From an uncultured bacterium (GTDB lineage Bacteria > Patescibacteriota > Minisyncoccia > Phycocordibacterales > UBA6065), in contig CBIMES010000001.1 of NCBI GenBank assembly GCA_966243015.1, forward strand, positions 1-48,597: DNA of 48,597 nt. Reading direction: 5' to 3'. Positions within the stretch are counted from its first letter, which is position 1. The number at the start of each line of letters is the position of its first letter. The position numbers and the translations under genes were made by a program. Of the stretch, positions 1 through 6,851 are shown one piece after another. Under the pieces are notes generated by a model. That model did no database searches and had not been told where the DNA came from. It worked only from the letters and a program-made list of their open reading frames with translations.

Positions 1-1489
1 AGTTTGATCCTAGCTCAGGGTGAACGCTGGCGGCGTGGATAAGGCATGCAAGTCAAGGGGGCCGCAAGGCAACCGGCAAACGAGGTAGTAATAATTAGGT
101 ACGAACCTTCAAGTCGAGCACAGCTCGTCGAAAGACGGGGTAATTCTCGATAGTCCCTCCGGGGTAAAGATTTATCGCTTGAAGATCGGCCTAATCGGTA
201 TCAGCTAGTTGGTAGGGTAATGGCCTACCAAGGCAATGACGCCTAGGGGACCTGAGAGGGTGACCCCCACCGATGGAACTGAGACACGGTCCATACACCT
301 ACGGGTGGCCGCAGTCGAGAATCTTCCGCAATGGACGAAAGTCTGACGGAGCGACGCCGCGTGCAGGATGAAGTCCTTCGGGATGTAAACTGCTTTTATA
401 GGGGAGGAAGTTTATTGACGTTACCCTAAGAATAAGAGGTTGCTAAACTCGTGCCAGCAGCAGCGGTAATACGAGTGCCTCAAGCGTTATCCGGAATCAT
501 TGGGCGTAAAGGGTTTGTAGGTGGTTATGTTAGTCTCCTGTTAAATATCTCGGCTTAACCGGGAAGATGCGGGGGAAACGGCATGACTAGAGGATGCAAG
601 GGGTCTGCGGAACTCATAGTGTAGCGGTGAAATGCGTTGATATTATGGGGAACACCAAAAGCGAAGGCAGCAGACTGGGGCACTCCTGACACTGAAAAAC
701 GAAAGCGTGGGTAGCTAATGGGATTAGATACCCCAGTAGTCCACGCCCTAAACGATCTTCTCTAGCTATTTGGAGTATCGACCCTCTGAGTGGCGTAGCT
801 AACGCGTTAAGAGAAGCGCCTGGGTAGTACGACCGCAAGGTTAAAACTCAAAGGAATAGACGGGGACTCGCACAAGCAGAGGATCATGTGGTTTAATTCG
901 ATGGTAAACGAAGAACCTTACCAGGGTTAGAAATCTAGTTGAAGACAGGGAGAAACCTCTGTCGCCGCAAGGCAATTAGACAGGTGCTGCATGGTCGTCG
1001 TCAGTTCGTGATTTGAATTGTTCCCTTCAGTGGGGTAACGAACGCAACCCTCATTGCCTGTTACAAGTGTCAGGCGAGACTGCCCAGCTTTTAGTCCGTG
1101 AATCGAATGATTCGTTGATTAGAAGCTGGGAGGAAGGTGAGGATGACGCCAGATCAGCATGGCCCTCTGATACCCTGGGCTACACACGTGATACAATGGC
1201 GCGTACAACGCGAAGCGACGGGGACAACCCTGAGCAAATCGTTATAAAGCGCGCCCTAGTTCGGATAGGGGTCTGCAACTCGACCCCTTGAAGCTGGATT
1301 TGCTAGTAATCTCGGGTCAGCCATACCGAGGTGAATACGTTCTCGAGTCTTGTACTCACCGCCCGTCAACTCAAGGGAGTTGGGAGTGCCCGAAGTCCGC
1401 GCTTGTCGCGGCCTAAGGCAAGCTCAATGACAGGGAGTAAGTCGTAACAAGGCACGGGTAGCGGAAGCTGCTCGTGGATTATTTCAAGT
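1..1489 (+). rRNA. rrs: 16S ribosomal RNA, 5' end cut by the window edge (window starts at the 27F site)
   Basis: Starts AGTTTGATCCTAGCTCAG. Contains GTGCCAGCAGCAGCGGTAA (515 region), GGATTAGATACCCCAGTAGTCC (806 region) and AAGTCGTAACAAGG plus a helix-45 hairpin near the end. The 3' boundary (+/-10 nt) was set as GGAT + 10 nt by analogy with E. coli. Confidence 0.97.
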
Positions 1490-1626
1490 GAAAACTGTTT
1501 CTGACCATGTCAGAAACTTACGGAGTCGATCATATTTAATATGGGTTTTGCAGATACCTACAACTGCATGGAGGTCGGGGAAGAACCGGCAACCAGAACG
1601 GAGCAAAGTAGAGGATAGTATGAAGG

Positions 1627-1655
1627 AAAAACCACCCGAAAGGGTGGTTTTTCTA
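1627..1655 (+). terminator. Intrinsic terminator-like hairpin about 140 nt downstream of 16S
   Basis: AAAAACCACCC-GAAA-GGGTGGTTTTT followed by a T-rich tract. Confidence 0.6.
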
Positions 1656-1688
1656 TTGTTTCCCATATTTCGACACACAAAGGGTAAC

Positions 1689-1716
1689 TTGACAATATTT
1701 TTAGATATGATATACT
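1689..1716 (+). promoter_or_regulatory. Sigma-70-like promoter inside the 16S/tRNA-Ile spacer
   Basis: TTGACA, 16-nt spacer, TATACT, with TG at the extended -10 position. Confidence 0.5.
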
Positions 1717-1800
1717 TAGTCTAGTTACGTTCGGAGGTTTAACCTCCTTTGCAAAGGTAAGCACGGAAACCCAACAGGCCGCAGTAAGGCCTCCCCGCAT

Positions 1801-2094
1801 ATGAAGACAGTTACACTGGCTGACCTCGGGGTTGGAGCCCCGATATCTATCACCGCACGGGTCACGAGGCCCTTGCGCGAGTTGTTTGAGCGCGTTCGTA
1901 TGAAGCTCAGGATTGTTGCCGCTCGTCACAGGGAAGTGATCGCGATGTGGTGGTTGCCCATCGCCTCGTATCTTCTGATGAGCTTTGTTTGGGGATCGAT
2001 TAGGCTGGTCGCGTTGGTTTTTAGCGATTGGCAGCCCATCGATGTATATATGCTTACGGATTGGTGGTGGGTTTGGATCCCGCGCCTGTTCTAG
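1801..2094 (+). CDS. Hypothetical small Trp-rich membrane protein (97 aa)
   Basis: ORF track. Bracketed by the promoter at 1689-1716 and a hairpin+T6 at 2109-2141. One hydrophobic helix (MWWLPIASYLLMSFVWGSIRLVALVF). Codon usage is less GC3-biased than the neighbours. No family recognised. Confidence 0.3.
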   Translation: MKTVTLADLGVGAPISITARVTRPLRELFERVRMKLRIVAARHREVIAMWWLPIASYLLMSFVWGSIRLVALVFSDWQPIDVYMLTDWWWVWIPRLF

Positions 2095-2108
2095 GCATTG
2101 TCACACAA

Positions 2109-2141
2109 GCGCCCTCGACCACGTGTCGCGGGCGCTTTTTT
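2109..2141 (+). terminator. Intrinsic terminator
   Basis: GCGCCC..CGAC-CACGT-GTCG..GGGCGC hairpin followed by TTTTTT. Confidence 0.65.
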
Positions 2142-2142
2142 G

Positions 2143-2171
2143 TTGTCAAAAAGGCTCGTTTCTGCTATATT
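2143..2171 (+). promoter_or_regulatory. Sigma-70-like promoter for tRNA-Ile
   Basis: TTGTCA, 17-nt spacer, TATATT with TGc at the extended -10 position; about 19 nt upstream of the tRNA 5' end. Confidence 0.5.
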
Positions 2172-2189
2172 TTTCAGACCTCGGTACAT

Positions 2190-2262
2190 GCGCGTATAGC
2201 TCAGTTGGTAGAGCACATCACTGATACTGATGGGGTCCTAGGTTCAAATCCTAGTACGCGCA
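2190..2262 (+). tRNA. tRNA-Ile (anticodon GAT), no encoded CCA
   Basis: Perfect cloverleaf by hand folding: acceptor GCGCGTA/TACGCGC, D arm GCTC-AGTTGGTA-GAGC, anticodon arm CATCA-CTGATAC-TGATG, T arm CTAGG-TTCAAAT-CCTAG, discriminator A. Confidence 0.95.
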
Positions 2263-2270
2263 CAAAAAAG

Positions 2271-2294
2271 AAAACCCGCCACATGGCGGGTTTT
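2271..2294 (+). terminator. Intrinsic terminator after tRNA-Ile
   Basis: AAAACCCGCC-ACAT-GGCGGGTTTT. Confidence 0.7.
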
Positions 2295-2389
2295 CCTGTA
2301 ATGATCGGATCTTCGCATAAGCGGGCTTTATTTCTCTGATACAATAAAGCCACGGGCCATCGGGCCTTTATAGCCATAATCACTCTCAT

Positions 2390-3031
2390 ATGAACAACGC
2401 TTTTACTATCAAAGGGGCGCTCTCGTTCGGATGGGCGGAGTTCAGGAAGAATCCCTGGTTCCTTGTCCTCCTTTCGGTCGCGTTCGCGGCCGTGAGCATT
2501 ATCGTGGGCGGGGCAGGTGACAAGAACCCGTCCGTCATCGGCCAGGTGTTGAGCTTCCTGATCAGCTCCTTCGCTACCTTCACGTTTACTCGCATCGGAT
2601 TGGCCGCCCTCGCTGGACGGTCTTTCTCGTGGCGGGATGTGTTTGAGGTCAATTGGAAGGCCTTCGGTCTTTTCCTCGTCGCCACCATCGTGAGCGGCAT
2701 CATCTACGCCGTCGGTTTCGTCCTTCTCGTTATTCCGTGCGTCATCGCCATGGTGCGCCTCAACCTCTTCGGCTATGCCCTCATAGGGGAAGGTGCCTCG
2801 CCGATAGACTCGCTCAAGAGGAGCTGGTCCCTCACCAGGGGGTACTTCTGGAAGCTGTTCGGCTTCTTCGTGGTCACCGCTCTCGTGGTCTTTGCCGGTA
2901 TCCTCGCTCTCGGAGTCGGGGTTTTCGTGGCGATGCCTGTAATCACTTTCGCCATCGCGCACGTCTACGGCAGTCTCAAGGCCTCCGGCCCCGCCCTGTT
3001 CGTTCCTGCGACCGAAGTTTCCTCCTCATAG
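2390..3031 (+). CDS. Polytopic membrane protein, family not confidently recognised (DUF975/YciC-like topology)
   Basis: ORF track, 213 aa with 5-6 hydrophobic helices and GC3-rich codons. -10-like CATAAT lies 9 nt upstream of the ATG. Confidence 0.75.
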   Translation: MNNAFTIKGALSFGWAEFRKNPWFLVLLSVAFAAVSIIVGGAGDKNPSVIGQVLSFLISSFATFTFTRIGLAALAGRSFSWRDVFEVNWKAFGLFLVATIVSGIIYAVGFVLLVIPCVIAMVRLNLFGYALIGEGASPIDSLKRSWSLTRGYFWKLFGFFVVTALVVFAGILALGVGVFVAMPVITFAIAHVYGSLKASGPALFVPATEVSSS

Positions 3032-3053
3032 GACAGATTTCTCCGAAAGCGGG

Positions 3054-3089
3054 GAAAACCGCCCCGAGGTTGTGCTCGAGGCGGTTTTT
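3054..3089 (+). terminator. Intrinsic terminator
   Basis: GAAAACCGCC...GGCGGTTTTT hairpin. Confidence 0.55.
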
Positions 3090-3132
3090 CTGTATCATGG
3101 GGCCTCACTTACATTAATCAGTAAACGACCCC

Positions 3133-4545
3133 ATGATCACCAAGAAAACCAAGATCGTCTGCACCATCGGTCCGGCGACCGAAACCCACGCAAGCCTCGA
3201 GTCCCTCCTTCGCGCGGGCATGAACGTCATGCGCCTCAACTTCTCCCACGGAGACTTCAAGGAGCACCAGCTTCGCGTCAATCACCTCAGGAAGGCCATG
3301 GAGACGACGGGTATCCCCGCGGCTATCCTCCAGGACCTCGCGGGCCCAAAGATCCGCATCGGCATGTTCAAGACCGAGGCCGTTACCCTCAAGGTTGGCG
3401 CAAAGTTCACCATCACGACCGACAAGGTCGAGGGCGACGAGACTCGCGTATCGGTGAACTACCCTAACTTCGCCCGAGAGGTGAAGAAGGGCCACATCGT
3501 CTTCCTCCACGACGGACGCAAGAAGCTCGAGGTTCTCGACGTGAAGGGTAACGACGTTATCTGCAAAGTTCTCGTCGGCGGCGAGATCAAGGGCAAGCGA
3601 GGCGTTAACCTCCCAGACTCAGACCTCTCCATCTCGGCCCTCACCGAGAAGGATCGAACCGACCTCGAGTTCGGCGTCAAGAACAAGGTAGATTTCTTCG
3701 CCCTCTCGTTCGTAAGGCGACCGGAGGACATCACCGAGCTCCGCGACATTCTCAACGCCAAGAAGTCGAAGGCGAAGATCATCGCCAAGATCGAGACTCC
3801 TCAGGCTCTCGCGAATATCGACGGCATCCTCGACCTCGTCGACGGCATCATGGTTGCCCGAGGTGACCTCGCCATCGAGATCCCTGCCGAGAAGGTTCCT
3901 GCCGCCCAGAAGATGCTCATCCGAAAGTGCAACGAGCGAGGCCTTCCTGTCATTACCGCGACCCAGATGCTTGAGTCGATGATCAAGGCCCCTGTGCCGA
4001 CCCGCGCCGAGGTCTCTGACGTCGCGAACGCCATCCTCGACGGAAGCGACGCCGTCATGCTCTCGGAGGAGACCACCCTTGGTGATTTCCCTGTAGAGGC
4101 CGTGACTGTCATGTCGAAGGTTGCCGCAGAGACGGAGAGGGAGCTTCTCGGCGAGCAGTTCTTCGCCCCTGAGACGGACGTCGAGACCGTCGGCGACGCC
4201 GTTACCTCTTCTGTCGTCGACATCGCTGACCGCGTCGACGCGAAGTACCTCGTCTCGTTCACCGAGGGAGGACGCAGCGCCCGCCTCATCTCTCGCCACA
4301 AGCCAGAGCAGCACATCTTCGTCTTCACCCCTAACGAGGTGACCTTCCGACAGTCGATCCTCTCGTGGGGCACGACTCCGGTCATGATGAAGAAGACCAC
4401 CGACTTCAATGAGGTCGTCAAGGTTGTCCGAGACCACTTCCTCAAGAACAAGCTCGCCGCTAAGGGCGACAAGGTTGTTCTCGCCTCGGCTCTCCCATTC
4501 GGAAAGGGCCTCGAGACCAACGTCGCCATCGTCGAGACTCTCTAA
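3133..4545 (+). CDS. pyk: Pyruvate kinase
   Basis: 470 aa. N-terminal KTKIVCTIGPA, MNVMRLNFSHG, and MVARGDLAIEIP motifs typical of pyruvate kinase. Confidence 0.95.
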   Translation: MITKKTKIVCTIGPATETHASLESLLRAGMNVMRLNFSHGDFKEHQLRVNHLRKAMETTGIPAAILQDLAGPKIRIGMFKTEAVTLKVGAKFTITTDKVEGDETRVSVNYPNFAREVKKGHIVFLHDGRKKLEVLDVKGNDVICKVLVGGEIKGKRGVNLPDSDLSISALTEKDRTDLEFGVKNKVDFFALSFVRRPEDITELRDILNAKKSKAKIIAKIETPQALANIDGILDLVDGIMVARGDLAIEIPAEKVPAAQKMLIRKCNERGLPVITATQMLESMIKAPVPTRAEVSDVANAILDGSDAVMLSEETTLGDFPVEAVTVMSKVAAETERELLGEQFFAPETDVETVGDAVTSSVVDIADRVDAKYLVSFTEGGRSARLISRHKPEQHIFVFTPNEVTFRQSILSWGTTPVMMKKTTDFNEVVKVVRDHFLKNKLAAKGDKVVLASALPFGKGLETNVAIVETL

Positions 4546-4560
4546 TATTCCGCGCTCTAC

Positions 4561-4598
4561 GCACAGAAAAGCCGCCCGTGCGGGCGGCTTTTCTGTGC
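4561..4598. terminator. Intrinsic terminator (17-bp perfect stem)
   Basis: GCACAGAAAAGCCGCCC-GTGC-GGGCGGCTTTTCTGTGC. Confidence 0.75.
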
Positions 4599-4738
4599 GT
4601 GCGGTAATTGCCCGACATCGTGCAAAGTGATATAACAGATGGCACGAGAACGTTCTTTGAAGCAGTGGTCCGCCGGTGCGGATTCACGGAGGCCTTTCGG
4701 CTCTTCGGGGATGTTTTCCACTTCAGCGTTGTTTACAC

Positions 4739-5200
4739 ATGAGCACTCAGCAGAAACGTCGTGAAATGGTGTCTGGAAAGTTCTATCGCGGTTTCGTCCG
4801 TCGGCTGCCCAGCAGCGGGCACGCCGGGCTTATCGAGTTCAGATCCAATGGCAGTTCGGGAATGCGTCGCGAGGTGTTGTTTTGGAGTGATCAGGCCTGT
4901 AGGGTTGTGGCAGGCGTCTCTCACCCGGAACTCGAGAGGACTTCTGTCTCGAGGGTGAATCAGGGGACTCACGTTACGTTCTTCCTTCAGGAAGCGAGCG
5001 GGGGTGGCACGAGCGGGATGGCGTATGACTGGGCGCCGCTCAGCGAATACAACAAGGCCCTTGCCGAAATCGAGGCGCGTGACAGTAAGCCAAAGACGGG
5101 AATCCGCCTTGCGTATAAGCCAAAGCCCGCCCCGCCCCTTCCTGGCAGGGCCCATCTGGCCAGGCCGACCGTCGGAAGGGTTGAGTTGATCGCCGCCTGA
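4739..5200 (+). CDS. Hypothetical protein (possible OB/cold-shock-like N-terminal region; very tentative)
   Basis: ORF track frame 4676..5200; first ATG at 4739. Followed by a hairpin terminator at 5222-5253. Mixed codon usage. No family recognised. Confidence 0.45.
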   Translation: MSTQQKRREMVSGKFYRGFVRRLPSSGHAGLIEFRSNGSSGMRREVLFWSDQACRVVAGVSHPELERTSVSRVNQGTHVTFFLQEASGGGTSGMAYDWAPLSEYNKALAEIEARDSKPKTGIRLAYKPKPAPPLPGRAHLARPTVGRVELIAA

Positions 5201-5221
5201 GCTTCGGCCTCTGTGGCGGAC

Positions 5222-5253
5222 AAGGCCCGAATCGCGTAAGCGATTCGGGCCTT
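5222..5253. terminator. Bidirectional terminator between convergent genes
   Basis: AAGGCCCGAATCGC-GTAA-GCGATTCGGGCCTT. Confidence 0.7.
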
Positions 5254-5263
5254 TTGCTTTCTC

Positions 5264-6160
5264 TTATTTTCCCGTCACGATGCATGCCACAGGCCCGTCG
5301 AATTCGATGCCGTGCCCGATGGCCTGCATAAGGCCGACGACGCCCAGCGCGCCGTTGGGGCTGACTGTCACGCCCGCGTGGGTCTGGACGAGCTCCTGAG
5401 CCCTTTGGATTTCCTTGTTGGTAGCAATCCATCCTGATCCGCCCGAATTCCTTACGGCGAGTACAAGGGCGTCCTTGCGGTACGCGACCTTGTCGACGAT
5501 GGCGTCGGCGATCGATGACTGGGCGCCTTCGGGCTTGTCGTAGAAGGCGCTCGCGATAGGGAAGCACGAGGTCGTCTGCACGACATGCACGGCGATAGGG
5601 AGCTTCCTGAAGCGAAAGTGGTCGGCGAGGGCTTGTGCGCAGGTTCCCGACGAGGTGCCGACGAACACGGCCGAGAGGTTGGGTATGAGGGCGAGCTCGT
5701 CGGCAAGGGCCCTGTAGCCCACGAGGGCACCCGCGTCAGTCGACTGCCGGAGAGAGGTCTTCTTGTCCCCTTGGATGATTTCCATGAGAAGCTGGAGGGG
5801 GCGCTTGGACGAGATGAGCTCGACGTGGCCGTCGGTTATCTCCGCGTCGAGAAGAGCCTTCTTCTCCGGATTGATGTTCTCTCCCACAAGGACTGATAGC
5901 GTGAGGCCGGCACCCTCCTTGTTCTTCTTCTGGACGTGGCGGATGGCGGCGAGGGCTGCGTTGCCCGACGAGGATACGGCGAAGTCTCGGGCGCCTTTGG
6001 CGCTTTTCGCGTCGATCATGACGGGTATCGATCGGCCCTTGTGCGAGCCGTACGGGTGAAGGTCCTCGCGCTTGAGGAAGAGCCTTGAAACGCCAAGTGC
6101 CTCGGCGAGCCTTGGCTCGCTCGTCTGGGGCGTGAGAGGAGTGTGTGCCGATATATCCAT
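5264..6160 (-). CDS. PLP-dependent enzyme, fold type II (threonine synthase / Trp-synthase-beta-like superfamily)
   Basis: 298 aa. Candidate PLP-lysine motif GSHKGRS in the position of S-x-K-D-R, Gly/Ser-rich phosphate loop GTSSGT, and C-terminal VTG. Specific reaction not assignable. Confidence 0.7.
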   Translation of the reverse strand: MDISAHTPLTPQTSEPRLAEALGVSRLFLKREDLHPYGSHKGRSIPVMIDAKSAKGARDFAVSSSGNAALAAIRHVQKKNKEGAGLTLSVLVGENINPEKKALLDAEITDGHVELISSKRPLQLLMEIIQGDKKTSLRQSTDAGALVGYRALADELALIPNLSAVFVGTSSGTCAQALADHFRFRKLPIAVHVVQTTSCFPIASAFYDKPEGAQSSIADAIVDKVAYRKDALVLAVRNSGGSGWIATNKEIQRAQELVQTHAGVTVSPNGALGVVGLMQAIGHGIEFDGPVACIVTGK

Positions 6161-6222
6161 GGCTTGTATACTAGCCTTTTTCGGGTATTATATAAAGCAC
6201 CCTCAATTTTCATCTCACACCC

Positions 6223-6387
6223 ATGAACTGCATCTGCCCAGAATGTAAGAACAGCGTAGACCTCTCGAAGCATCCTCAGATTGCCGTCGGTCACGTCATC
6301 GAGTGCAACACCTGCGGTATCATGCTCGGCGTTACCGCCATCGAGAGCGGCATCGTGTCGACCGAGATTGTCGACGAGGGGAAGTAG
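6223..6387 (+). CDS. Small zinc-ribbon protein with LysW-like architecture (54 aa; not in the ORF track)
   Basis: Own translation: MNCICPECKNSVDLSKHPQIAVGHVIECNTCGIMLGVTAIESGIVSTEIVDEGK. Has CxxC...CxxC plus an acidic C-terminal tail. Hairpin terminator at 6410-6443. Confidence 0.55.
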   Translation: MNCICPECKNSVDLSKHPQIAVGHVIECNTCGIMLGVTAIESGIVSTEIVDEGK

Positions 6388-6409
6388 GGGATTTTAGACT
6401 GCGACGATA

Positions 6410-6443
6410 AAAGGCCGCGTTGCGCAAGCGCGACGCGGCCTTT
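6410..6443. terminator. Hairpin terminator
   Basis: AAAGGCCGCGT-(12 nt)-ACGCGGCCTTT. Confidence 0.6.
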
Positions 6444-6446
6444 GTC

Positions 6447-6827
6447 TTACGCCCTGCAAAAGGCGTCGGCAGGGTGTCTGATCCGTGAGAAGGCTCGGGT
6501 GGTTATATCGGGCCTTATGACGAAGGTCCGCTGTGCTGACGTTTCCTCGTCGAGCTCGAATATCTCGAGGTCGGATATCCACTGGCCCTCCTTGACCTTT
6601 CCTTGGGCATTTTGAAGAAAGCCCAGAATTATGGATAGGGCGAAGCTCGGGCTGCCGCCTATTTGGTGGGTCTCGCTCGAGACGTCGCCGTTTTTCCCCG
6701 ACACCTTGAATTTGAGGGTCCAGCAGGATCTTTGTGCCGACAGCAAAAACCTGAGGCCTATAGGTTTTGTCTTTCTACGCTTTCTATTTTTCTGTTTTTT
6801 CATCGTGGATCTGGTTTCGATGCCCAT
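6447..6827 (-). CDS. Hypothetical protein with a strongly basic N-terminus (alternative ATG at 6803)
   Basis: ORF track, 126 aa with KKQKNRKRRKTK near the N-terminus. Lies 24 nt downstream of mpl on the same strand. No family recognised. Confidence 0.45.
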   Translation of the reverse strand: MGIETRSTMKKQKNRKRRKTKPIGLRFLLSAQRSCWTLKFKVSGKNGDVSSETHQIGGSPSFALSIILGFLQNAQGKVKEGQWISDLEIFELDEETSAQRTFVIRPDITTRAFSRIRHPADAFCRA

Positions 6828-6851
6828 GCTACATCAAACCAAATCACGGCG

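Noticed and set aside
614-1724. Track ORFs inside or overlapping the 16S rRNA gene (614..838, 1013..1291, 1484..1678, 1488..1724, 1558..1929)
   Set aside because: They lie within the rRNA or its trailer. They are chance ORFs with no coding signature.
1720-1800. Possible SRP (4.5S) RNA or other known small RNA downstream of the spacer promoter (hairpins GGAGGTTTAACCTCC and GGCCGCAGTAAGGCC; AGCA and GGAA motifs)
   Set aside because: The AGCA and GGAA elements are in the wrong order and context for SRP domain IV. No other known ncRNA signature was recognised, so the segment is treated only as the leader of the 1801 ORF.
2263-2389. Expected tRNA-Ala/23S rRNA downstream of tRNA-Ile
   Set aside because: No second cloverleaf and no 23S 5' sequence is present. 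A terminator follows the tRNA, and a protein gene starts at 2390.
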